Positions 37,165-48,729 of a stretch of 64,000 nucleotides of DNA are shown piece after piece (within the stretch, counting starts at the first letter, position 1; each line of letters begins with the position of its first letter). Source of the stretch: Octopus sinensis. Lineage: Eukaryota. The notes beneath the pieces are model-generated. The model did no database searches, was not told the origin of the DNA, and was given only the letters and a program-made list of their open reading frames with translations. A program made the position numbers and the translations under genes. The stretch covers positions 52,080,001 to 52,144,000 of the forward strand of contig NC_043007.1 of NCBI RefSeq assembly GCF_006345805.1, read 5' to 3'.

Positions 37165-37439
37165 TAAAAACGGTAAGATAACAAAAGAAAGAAAGAGACC
37201 TCAATATTATGTAAATAGAGGAAATTTATCTATAAAATAATATGTTACAATTATACAATAGTCAAGATAAAACTCTTGAGTTTTGGATGCCGAAGTGGAA
37301 ATCCACAACACCATCACTTTGGCAACGTTTTTCAGATGGCCAGATAACCGAAGAGATGGTGTTGTGGATTTCCACTTCGGCATCCAAAACTCAAGAGTTT
37401 TATCTTGACTATTGTATAATTGTAACATATTATTTTATA
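37161..37439. mobile_element. Tail-out palindrome of PLE-type ends (identical 85-bp arms)
   Basis: 37231-37315 is the exact reverse complement of 37355-37439; hammerhead-like motif at 37343-37404. Confidence 0.7.
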
Positions 37440-37440
37440 T

Positions 37441-37479
<39 letters not shown>

Positions 37480-37606
37480 TTCATTATAGATATAAGGTAA
37501 AAAATTCTTAATTTATGATTAATAGATTTCACCAAGTAGTTTCGGTATGGAAAGGAACGATATTCGGTAAAAACTTATACAAGAAGTTTTATATATAATT
37601 ATAACT

Positions 37607-38258
37607 ATAATTAAGGGTTTAGCAACAAGTTGCTTAACCACATACCGAAAAAATTTAGAAATAGCAGCCAAAAGACTGTTATTTCTTTTCGCTACAAAAT
37701 ATGACTCCATAGATAACCCTCTCTGTAATTCACACAGGCAAAAAAGAAGGAAAATAATGAAGTCAAACAGTCTTCGGTTCATTATGGATCGTTTCTGGAT
37801 TAGAATTATAAAACTCATTTCCTTATCAACATAATATTCCGATAGTTATAAATTAAAAAATGCTAGAAAACTTACCCTTTGCATTTCTGACCAAGCAACA
37901 TCAGAACATCACACAAGCATATCCGAATTTATATAGATGAGTGAAATTCATATTTCCCCCCAATTTTTTCACCATGTGCGTCATGAGACAGTACTGCATA
38001 AAATAGATCCACAGCTTTTTTTGTTATCGGAATATTATGTTGATAAGGAATTGATTTTATAATTCTAATCCAGAAACGTGTCGATAATGAACCGAAGATT
38101 GACTACATTATTTTCCTTCTTTTTTGCCTGTGTGAGTTACAGAGAGGGTTATCTATGGAGTCATATTTTGTAGCAAAAAGAAATAACGGCCTTTTGGCTG
38201 CTATTTCTAAATTTTTTCGGTATGTGGTTAAGCAACTTGTTGCTAAACCCTTAATTAT
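37607..38258. mobile_element. Tail-out palindrome (arms about 235 bp), each arm with a U3-A8 hammerhead-like motif
   Basis: Arms 37607-37844 and 38025-38258; motifs at 37781-37835 (minus) and 38034-38088 (plus). Confidence 0.7.
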
Positions 38259-39269
38259 TGTGATATATATATATATATATATATATGTATGAACTAAAAG
38301 GAAAGTTGATTCTATTTTCCCTCTTTGGTAGCAGAAAAATTTGTTAATGCTTAATGATATTAAGTTATAGCTCTTAGGTTTTTGAATTTAAAATCTCATC
38401 ACAGTAAAATTTTCTTTCATTTTTCTAGGATTGGTAAAATAAATATCAGCAATAACACTGATTCAAAGTGATGTGTGACGAACCTCATTTGACTTGCAGC
38501 TTTATGTCAATATAATTAATTATTATATTGATTATTAAAAATAATCAATTCTTATTATTTTTATTTAATGAATTATTAATAATAATGAATTCTTATAATT
38601 TCATTTAATTTTGATGCAATGTATACTTTCTTTCTCTGTATTTTTAAAGACAATTGGCTAAGTAGTGAGAGATTTGGCTGCTTTTGGTCCATCTAAATGT
38701 TTCAATGATATAATGTATTTCACTTCAGTTAACATTGGGAAACACTTGGATGCTTCAAATTCCTAGTTTCTGCTTTCTTTTTACATATCTAAAAGTTTCA
38801 AGTGGTTAAGTCTCATTGTCACTGACAGGGCACCTTTTTACCCCACCCCATACAATATACAACTATATCCAATAAAGCCACTAATTTCACTATATAGCAA
38901 CAGTTTTTATATGTATATGTGGCTGTCAGTCTCTATTACTTCCTACACCCACCAATGCTCACCCACCCACTCACCTATCTCTGTCTATCATACCTAACGA
39001 ATGGGAACATGTAACTCTGAGTAACAGTTTTTGGATTATCTTTTCAGCTTTCTTAATATAGTATATATATATGTGTGTGTATATATATATATATGTGTGT
39101 GTATATATATATATATATGTATATATATGGTGTGTTATGTGAATTTGTGGAAAGGTATCCCATAAAACTCAATTTATTAAGAATATATATATATATAATA
39201 TATATATATATAATATATATATATATATATACATACAAAATAAGAAAATGGAGAAATACATCGAAATCA

Positions 39270-40000
39270 AATATCAATTACCAGATAATACTCAATCACA
39301 TGCTTTATTTAACCACCACATAAGAAACTATAAGGTTAAACATAATAATGTAGGGCAAAACAGTGTACATAAAAGAGTAATGTTATACAATAAGTAGAAT
39401 ATGTATAAGAGAAAATAAATATAAGTACACATAAATATAAATATAGACTACATCTTACAGCTGTTTCGGCCATGTAGATAAGTATGTCTCATTTTACTTA
39501 TATTAGCCATTTATGGTAGGTCAATATGTAGTTATAAATGAGACATTTACAAAAATATCCTCAGGCCTCTTCGGAGATTTTGTGATACAAATCAGATTAC
39601 ATACATACTTATATAGGTGTGGGTACATACCCATAATAAAACATATACATATGAGTGCATATACTCATACTCCTATACATATAAATATACATATACATAA
39701 TGATATAAATAATATAAATTAATAAACATACATATGTTCCACATTCAATGTTACACTTTTTCAACTTAATATTGTGATAATTACAATGTAGAAAAGCATA
39801 CACATATTAATACCTAAATGCAGATATACAGAGTCAAGAGTACATTATATTAATTCTTATTTATTTCCAAAATGTCATTAATGTTAGCATCATTATCATT
39901 GTCATTACCACTAATGCTACCAATATCATCATTCATATTATTATTAATAACGCTAATACTAGAAAAACAATACATAGATTCCATTATTAGCAATATAGTC
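39270..40000 (-). mobile_element. PLE-type 3' UTR with long-stem-II hammerhead-like motif (39452-39578)
   Basis: ATCT-CCGAAGA-GGCC...GGCC-GAAA-CAGCTG-TA-AGAT; AATAAA downstream; ends near (TA)n. Confidence 0.6.
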
Positions 40001-40319
40001 ACAATAGTACTACAATACCATGCAAAGTGTTAGATATCCGCATATACATACGAAATATGAAGTACCAGCATTCTGTTTACACTACATTAAGATCCACAGG
40101 TGCACATATGTAAGTCCGAGTTCAAGTTTATAATTTTCCTTGTGACATAAATACACTATTACTTTCAGAAATAGTTACGGATCTAGCGCTAAAATATGAT
40201 TGGCTTGTGGATTTGAATTTAAATTAGCATTGTCTTTCTTACGGTTGGTTTGTTGAGAGCGTTAGATTTCTACTACACCAGCGTGGGCATGGGAAAAACT
40301 ATACCAACATTTGTACACA

Positions 40320-41027
40320 CATACACGCGCACATCCGCACATATACATATACACTCTCATGCACTGTGTCTGCAAACATTCACATATACTTATATACACA
40401 TTCAAATATGCATTTGCGTACTCATACGTATAAGAAAAACATATACATATATATCCAACCATGAATATACATATCCATACAAAAACATACATACACATGT
40501 ATATACATATGAATACATTTCGACATATCCACATATATTTACTAAATTACAAAATATATGTCTGTCATCGAGTGGCATATAGATAAACCAGCGCAGGCAG
40601 GGAAAGCTATAGCAGCATTTATACACTCACACACATACTCACACGCACATCCCCACATATCTATAAACATTAATACACTCCCGTATACTGTGTCTGCAGA
40701 CATTCGCATATACATATATACATATTTAAATATATATATGCGCACTCATACGTATAAGAAAAACATATATATATGTAGCCACCCATGAATACACATACAT
40801 ATACATATGGACACATTTCGACCTATAAACATTAGTACATTCTCATGTACTGTGTCTGCAAATATTCGCATATACATATATAAATACGTACCTGCGTGCT
40901 CATATGCATAAGAAAAACATATACCTATATATCCATCTATGAATATATATATATACATACAAAAACATACATACATATACATATGAACACATTTCGACAT
41001 TTCCACCTATATTTACTAAATTACAAG
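40320..41027. repeat. Three diverged direct copies of a microsatellite-derived unit of roughly 170-230 bp
   Basis: Recurring ACTGTGTCTGCA...CATACGTATAAGAAAAACATATA...CATTTCGAC. Confidence 0.75.
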
Positions 41028-41975
41028 ATCCGGTCGCCCCCTTCTGCCATTGATGAGGCATCTGCCCGTCAAGTTGAGGCTGCCATTTTGGAAGATCGAC
41101 GCATAATTATTCGCCAAATAGCCCATGAGGTCAAGATTAGTACCAGGTCTGTGGAAACTATCATTCATGACCATTTGCATATGCAAAAGGTGTCTGCCAG
41201 ATGGATTCCCAGGTTGCTCACGCCTTTCCAGAAGCAAGAATGTGTCGAGTGCTCGAGGATGAATTTGGAGATGTGCCAAGAAGATGAGTCAAAATTTTTC
41301 AAAAGACTGATTACACAGGATGAAACCTGGGTCCATCACTATGATCCAGAGACCAAAGCCCAGTCAATGCAGTGGACACACCGTGACTCACCTCCTCCAA
41401 AGAAGGCAAGGGTGCAGCCCTCTGCTGGCAAGGTCATGCTCACAGTCTTCTGGGACCAGGACGGAGTAGTGATGACAGATTTCCTGGCAAAGGGTACCAC
41501 AATTACAGGAGCCTATTATGCTTCCCTTTTGAGGAAATTAAGAGAAGTTATCAAAATTAAGAGGCGGGGCAAGATCAGCAAAGGCATCCTCCTCCTGCAG
41601 GACAACGCTCCGGTCCACAACTCGCTTGTCGCCAGATCAGAAGCACAGGCGTATGGCTATGAACTCCTCCCCCATCCCCCCTACTTTCCTGACCTTGCAC
41701 CCTCTGATTTTCACCTCTTCCCAGTCATGAAGTTGTTTTTGAAAGGAAAGCATTTCCCAGATGATGCAGCCTTGATTTCTGAAGTCACGTTCAGGTTGGA
41801 GGACCAAGCTGGGGTCTTCTACAAAAACGGTCTCCAGAGCTGCATCAAACGATGGTAGAAATGCGTAACTCTAGGTGGTTCCTATGTAGAAAAAGACTAA
41901 TAACTGTGCCAAGTTTCGTTGCTCTACTGCTATAGGAAGTGGGTCAGGGGCATTACTTATTGAATGCCCCTCGTA
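41028..41975 (+). mobile_element. 5'-truncated mariner (DD34D), 3' TIR and TA
   Basis: WIPRLLT, DETWV, QDNAPVH and HPPYFPDLAPSDFHLFP; 34 residues between the last two Asp; ends TTATTGAATGCCCCTCG-TA. Confidence 0.92.
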
Positions 41976-41989
41976 TATTATGTTATGTA

Positions 41990-42203
41990 TTGTTCTGACT
42001 ATATCTGACTATATGCAGATTACTGCATTGCATATGGTATTATTAGCCATAGTGCATCGTCATCACTATGTGGATTACTCATCAAATTGTTATCTTTGGG
42101 AAAAACCCTATTACGCTTCCAACCTATATGCTTTCTACCTTTAATATTGTCAATATAATGCCTAGAATTCCTCTTTAGATTAGTTTTATTAATGTCGTTG
42201 TTA

Positions 42204-42237
<34 letters not shown>

Positions 42238-43850
42238 GTGTAGATGAACTTCACTATTACCATATATATTATCATTGTTATTATGCCTATTGTTAATATT
42301 ACTACTATCACTATTGTGCACTAAGTTATTTAGACTAATGTTAACAGCTCTAAAATTACCAAAACTAGTGTTATTGCCATATGTATTTTTATATAGCATA
42401 TTTTTCTTTATCCTACAGTTATTGTCCCTTCGGAATTTATTTGTGTTATTCCTAATAGTTCCACCTGTATTCGAAAGATTATTATTGGGTATATACCAAA
42501 TTTTATTTGTGTAGCCTGCCTTAAGCAATGCCGTATTATATTTTTCACAATGCCTATTGGACACATCCCCGTTTGAGGATAGATAAGAGATTCTCTGACT
42601 AATGCTTCGTACCAGTGACTTTTTAATTTGAGGGGGGTGATTGCTAGAGTGGTTTATATATACTAAGTTAGAATTAGGTTTTATATACGGTTCATGTATC
42701 CCATTAGCAAGGTTGCAATTGACATCTAAATAATTGGCAGAGTAATTTTCATTTTCAATAACTATGGATAAGCCAAAACTTTTTAAAAAATTATGTAGTC
42801 ATTTTTTCAGTAAATCTAGCCTCCTATTAGATGTGTTTTTGACTAGAAATAAAGTGTCGTCCCTATATAGTCCGCCCTTTAATTCAGGGAATTCCCTAAT
42901 CAAGGTTATCGAGTAAATACATCCCTACTAGATCTGTCACTTCCGCTGAATCCGGCGAGCCCATGGTGATGTCAAATAAATTGGGTGTGTCCTTTCTAGC
43001 CCATAGTTTGTTATCAAACTCTATTAATGTTTTTCTAGCTGTTAAGATAACCTTTACCTCCCCCATACTTAAGTTGGTATGTCTCCTAGCAAAAAGTAAA
43101 GCCTGATTTAATGTAATAGGGCTAATGGAGGAGTAGTAATTTTGTATATCCAATTGGATAAATTTATTGCTACTATTATCACTAACCTTAATGGTAGAGA
43201 ACCAATCTAATGCACCCTGGGTATTTTTCCATAGGCTGAGTTTAATCTTGTTACGTATAGTCAGTAAGTATTTGTCCAGAATAAGTTTACTCAATTTACC
43301 TAAGTCAGACTTGGTAAGGCAAATCAGTCTGACCTGTGTGTTACCAAGGAAGTTTTCCTTATGGTCTTTAAGTGTAATTCTCGGTCTCATGGGGGTATAA
43401 GGTTCAGTTTTATCTTCCAGATAATAATCAAACATTATTTCTCTTACCTCTAAGTTTAGTTCCCTAAGTGTATTGAAAGGTACAATTTTATACTTCTTTG
43501 TAATTTCTTTATGCAATAATTCATGGTATGTAAGAATGTCAATATTATAAATGTTACTGGTTTTATCAGAATGGGTTAAAATACCATTCTTACTCTTAAG
43601 AGTTCTTATTAGTTCCTTTAATCTCCTTTGGTACGGATTATTCCTCAATGGGTAGTTTTTAAATTTGATATTCTTGATGGTGTCCCATAGTTCTTGTTCG
43701 AAGTTTTCCAGGTGCTTGTTTGGTGGTGGAGATTTCCTAGATCTAAATGTGTTACCAGTTAGTTTGATTATTTCCTCATAGGTATTTCCTGTACCATTGC
43801 GGTTGGCTTCATTACTACATTCTTGGTTCGTTGCATTTACAACCCCTATC
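41990..43850 (-). mobile_element. Penelope-like RT fragment with Asn-rich linker
   Basis: HSDKTSNIY, ITLKDHK, FIQLDIQNYYSSI and GSPDSAEVTDLVG; probably related to 5450-7545. Confidence 0.85.
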
Positions 43851-43934
43851 TCAATTTGTATATATATATATATATACTAGCTGAAGGTGACCCCGGGTAA
43901 GAGTGTGGTTGTTACTTTCTGTTGCTTCCTTTCA

Positions 43935-44238
43935 GCACGTAAAAAGCACCATCCGAACGTGGCCGATTGCAGTGCCGCCTTGACTTGCTTCTGTGCCGGT
44001 GGCACGTAAAAAGCACCAACCAATCGTTACCACTGCGAGCCGCCCTGGCACCTGTGCTGGCGGCACGAAAAAAGCACCCACTACACTCACAGAGTGGTTG
44101 GCGTTAGGAAGGTCATCCACCTGTAGAAACACTGCCAGATCAGACTGGAGCCTGGTGCAGCCTCCTGGCTTCCCAGACCCCGGTCAAACTGTCCAACCCG
44201 TGCTAGCACAGAAAACGGACGTGAAACGATGATGATGA
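43935..44238 (+). mobile_element. RTE 3' UTR copy
   Basis: Same family as 1-299. Confidence 0.85.
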
Positions 44239-45052
44239 TTCTCCGTCTTTATTTCTCTCTCCTTTCTCTCTCACTTTCCCACTCTCTTACTTTTCTTTTC
44301 TCTCGGACTCTCCCTCGCTTTCTCTTACTCTCTATCTTTATCTACCTCTCTCCCATTTATAAACAACAGAAGATCTTGAGTAAGTTGAGAAATAAAATAT
44401 TTAGAAAGATCAATCATAAATATCAGGCAGTGGCAACGGAAAGGTCTGCTTCAAGGCAGACAGCAAAACGCTAACATTTAAAAGGGACAGACGAACTTGC
44501 GAGCTGAATAAATATAATAAAATATTGGAAACCAAAGTTTGAAGGGATAGAATCTGAGGATAGTAGAGTCACCATGGCTGGCATTTCTTAACGACGGACA
44601 GCAACATATTGACAGTTTAACGGCTGGCGTAAAATTTTGAACTTGATGTAAAAGAAAATTTGTAAACACCAAGTTTTGAAGTGATTCTTTCTCACGACAG
44701 TAGACTCACCATGGCAAACATTCAAAACTTCTTTATCATGGACGGCAACACATTGACGATTAAAAGGCTGGCGCAAATTTTTTAGCTTGATGTAACAGAG
44801 AATTCCTAAACACCCGCTCTTTGAAATTTTAATCCCCTTCCAGCCCCATTTAGACCCCTTTTCACATTTTGGTTAATATAACCCGATTTCATTCGGGTCT
44901 ACTGGGGCCACATTTTATAAGATGAGGAATTTTGTCCTAGAGGTGACGCCTTTCATTTGAGGAAAAAAATAGTTGTCATGCAAACTTGCCAGCACTTTTA
45001 ACATAGGTGTGCATATTTTCAGCTGAATCGACCGACCACATAAGGCACACAT

Positions 45053-45102
<50 letters not shown>

Positions 45103-45352
45103 CACGCATTATATATACAAATGTATACAAATTATATATATATATATGTATAAATTAAATTAGAGATAAAACCACTAATAGGCAAATCAAACAGTGAAAA
45201 ACCAAAAACAAAAACATAAAAATAAAAATATAATATATAAAATATATAAAATATAAAATTGAAAAATTTAAATTGAAAATAAAAATTATTAAATTATATT
45301 TATAATTTGTTTAAAAATATATATAACTATGAAAAAGTATGAAAAAGTTTAA

Positions 45353-46420
45353 CCCTTTCGTTACTATATTTCTGACCAAAATACACCCCTTATGTGTTTC
45401 AATTAATTTGTAACATAATCATAAATTTAGTCTGGTTTCATTAAACAACTATAACTTTTTTATTTATCAATATATTAACGTGAATTTTGGAAGATAATTT
45501 AATGAAATGTTCTCAACCAATTCTATACTATAATTTTTGTCACAAAGTGACTCTAATTGCAGGTTGATACAGGTAAATTCAAGAAAATATAAAATTATTA
45601 AAATTTTGTTCAAACATCGCTATAGAAAATGGGTTATTAGCTAATATTCAATTGGGTATACAACAAAATTTTACAATAGAATTTGTTATTCTGGGTAACT
45701 TTCTGATACCCATAATAATATTTATGGCAAAATAGTCTTAATTTCATTTAAGGTTGTGGGAAACCACTAACTATCCTTTCTTTCGTTTTGTTTACGTTTA
45801 GCGTAACAGTTCGTTTCTGCCGTAATGATTTCAAATAGGCTCATTCAAAAAAGTAAAAAGAAATAGTCTAAGGCTTCTGGGAAAGTCTGTGGCTTGGTCC
45901 AGTTTCTTCAGAAAAATCACCGAAAGAAACAGTTTTTAAATTTTCACTCCATTCAGGTGCCAATTCATTTTCTTTATCGCTGTCGGAGCTCTCGGATTCA
46001 CTGTTTTCACTTTCGGAAAATGAAACATCAGATTCATTATCAAATACCACATGCTTTTTTTTTTCAGTCATAGAGTTAGATTTATGAAGGTCTTCAGTAG
46101 AAAATCCTTCGAATTCTGACTCGCTGCTTGATATAATGAAATTCGTATCCATTTTTTGTCAGAATTACAAATTTTGAAAACACAATAGGAACAAATTTCG
46201 GAAAAAAATCTCCCAAAATTCACGGAATTAAAATTACACTTCAATTTTTGTACAAAACTGTAGTTGAACTCTTTACGAAGTATAATACGTATTTTCACGA
46301 ATGTACTAAGAGATTTGCTCTGATATTCTCGTTTAAATATGAATAGGTAAATACGGGCGGCTTTGGGCGGTTTGGTCACATTAACCAAAGTTTTTTTTGG
46401 GCGGTTTCGTAACGAAAGGG
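45353..46420 (-). mobile_element. piggyBac internal-deletion derivative
   Basis: TTAA on both sides; perfect 12-bp TIR CCCTTTCGTTAC/GTAACGAAAGGG; acidic transposase N-terminus remnant SESEFEGF...EWSENL at 45868-46152. Confidence 0.88.
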
Positions 46421-47004
46421 TTAATATACATAAATACAGATATATACACTTTGTATATATACATTATATATACATATTTATATATAGAACACACACACAC
46501 ACATACATTATATATACATATTTATATATAGAACACACACACACACATATAAATGAACGCAAGAATATCTGATTCATAATATTTGTCCTCATGCTCGTGT
46601 GTTGTTGGTGACAGATACATAAAAGAACGCCGATGTGATGAGAAGGTAGGAAACAGTGAGTGAAAAAGAGATGAAATGGCACGAGTGAGTTGAGGAAGAC
46701 AGATACTTTAAATAACAGGAGTGGACATTATCAAAGTTATATATGAAGGGGAGTGAGAGGGGAATGGAGGAAATAGCGTGAGTGAGGAAGATGGCCCCTA
46801 GCAACCACACCTTTTAAGATAGGGATTTCTAAGTTAGTCCACGGGCATCGTCACCTCATTTTACATGTCCCTGTAAATTTTGGTGCAAATCGGACGGGAT
46901 GTGGCATTGAAAGCGATCCAAGCGGTAAAAACGCATTTCAGTTTTATATATAGATATATATATATATATATAATATATATATATATCAAATATGTGTATA
47001 TACA

Positions 47005-47378
47005 CTTTACTCTTTTATTTGTTTCAGTCATTTGACTGTGGTCATGCTGGAACACCACCTTTAGTCGAGCAAATCGACCCCAAGACTTACTCTTTTGTAA
47101 GCCTAGCACTTATTCTATCAGTCTCTTTTGCCGAACCGTTAAGTTATGGGGACGAAAACACACCAACATCAGTTGTCAAGTGATGTTGGGGTGGGGACAA
47201 ACACAGACACACACACACACACACATATATATACGATGGGCTTCTTTCAGTTTCTGTCTACCAAATGCACTTACAGGGCTTTGGTCAGCCCGAGGCTATA
47301 GTAGAAGACACTTGCCCAAGGTGCCACACAGTGGGACTGAACCCAGAACCATATTGTTCGTAAGCCAGCTACTTACCA
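47005..47378 (-). mobile_element. Full-length tRNA-headed SINE
   Basis: Reverse complement of the 7590-type family. Confidence 0.85.
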
Positions 47379-47384
47379 TATATA

Positions 47385-47660
47385 TATATGTACTTTATTT
47401 AAAAGCAGCAGAAATATAACAAAAGCTGTTACTCAGAGTTTCACATTTCCGTTCATCGAACAGTTTTGTTAAAATAGAAATAACAATATTATCAAAACTA
47501 GTTAAAAGATACAACTTTAAAAATGGATTTGATTCATTGGTCCTTTCAATCAATGCTCTTAAGCATGCAATGAACAAAATAAATGAATTCAACATAAATT
47601 CATCATATTGTAAAAATTGAGGAAAAACCTTAAATTGGAGAGCGGATTCAAAATACATAT
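47385..47660 (-). mobile_element. PLE-type 3' end with hammerhead-like motif (47426-47463)
   Basis: CTGT-TCGATGA-ACG-GAAA-TGT-GAAA-CTCTGAG-TA-ACAG; homolog of 435-472. Confidence 0.6.
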
Positions 47661-48729
47661 TGCAAATAATTAAATATGAAATATAATTCGATTAATACAT
47701 TAAAAATTAAAATTTTCACACTGCATTACATAAATATTTTACAACAGAATATACGCATACTAAACCATCAATATACACAGATGGATATACACAGACTACA
47801 TACATATGCAGACATATATGATGTAAATATACATACAAATACACATATACATATGTACACAATCATTCTCCTGTGCAAAAATCACTTGGTGTATACATAT
47901 AGATGAGAAGTAAAATGCAGAGAGGGTGGAAAGAAAGGGAAGGATCTTATATGTAACAGTTAATGGTGAGAAAGAGAAGGGGAGAGGCGTGCAAAGTTAA
48001 AGGACTCTATACAAGTAATGGATAGGAGAAAAATTACTTTTCCGTAAGGAAGGGAAGAAAGAAAGAAAGATAGGAGGCTGAATATATGTAACGAACATAC
48101 TCAAAATAAAATTACATATACATGTATATATAAAAGTATATTATCAATAAATACACATATATAAATATATGGAAATAAGTTTGTAAATACACATCCACAC
48201 AAATCCAAGTGAATACAAGCATACATATACATACATACATACATGGGTATGTATGTACACAAGTATAAACATACATGCTTACTTACACATAGATATAGGT
48301 GCATACATATGAATACATATGCATGCCAACAATACAAAATATCCACGTAAACACATGTCTAGGTCTTGACGTATATACAAACAACATTATTTAAAAATAT
48401 TGCTGAGTGCATAATAATAAAATTCAGATAAAAGACATGCAAAATAGAACACCCTGTATCAAATTATCTATAAATTAAACGATTAAAATGGGATTATAAA
48501 ATGAAATAAAATAAAAGTAGAATCTTAAACAAGAAAATTATATTTGCATATATATTGTATATATGTCGAAATATATACAATAACTTTGCAATGCAAAATA
48601 AATCATGTATTATAACAAACAAATCCAACAGTGTGATTATATATATATGTGTGTGTGTGTGTATATGTGTATGTATATATATATATACCAATAGGGGCAA
48701 CAATCTTATCATGCTTGAATGTTGTCAGG

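Larger units (their letters stand above)
43876..46955 (+). mobile_element. Possible non-autonomous Helitron/Helentron-like element with nested inserts
   Basis: Starts ACTAGCTG...ACCCCGGG and ends TTTTATATATAGAT inside (TA)n; internal diverged tandem at about 44530-44810. That both ends belong to one element is inference. Confidence 0.35.
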
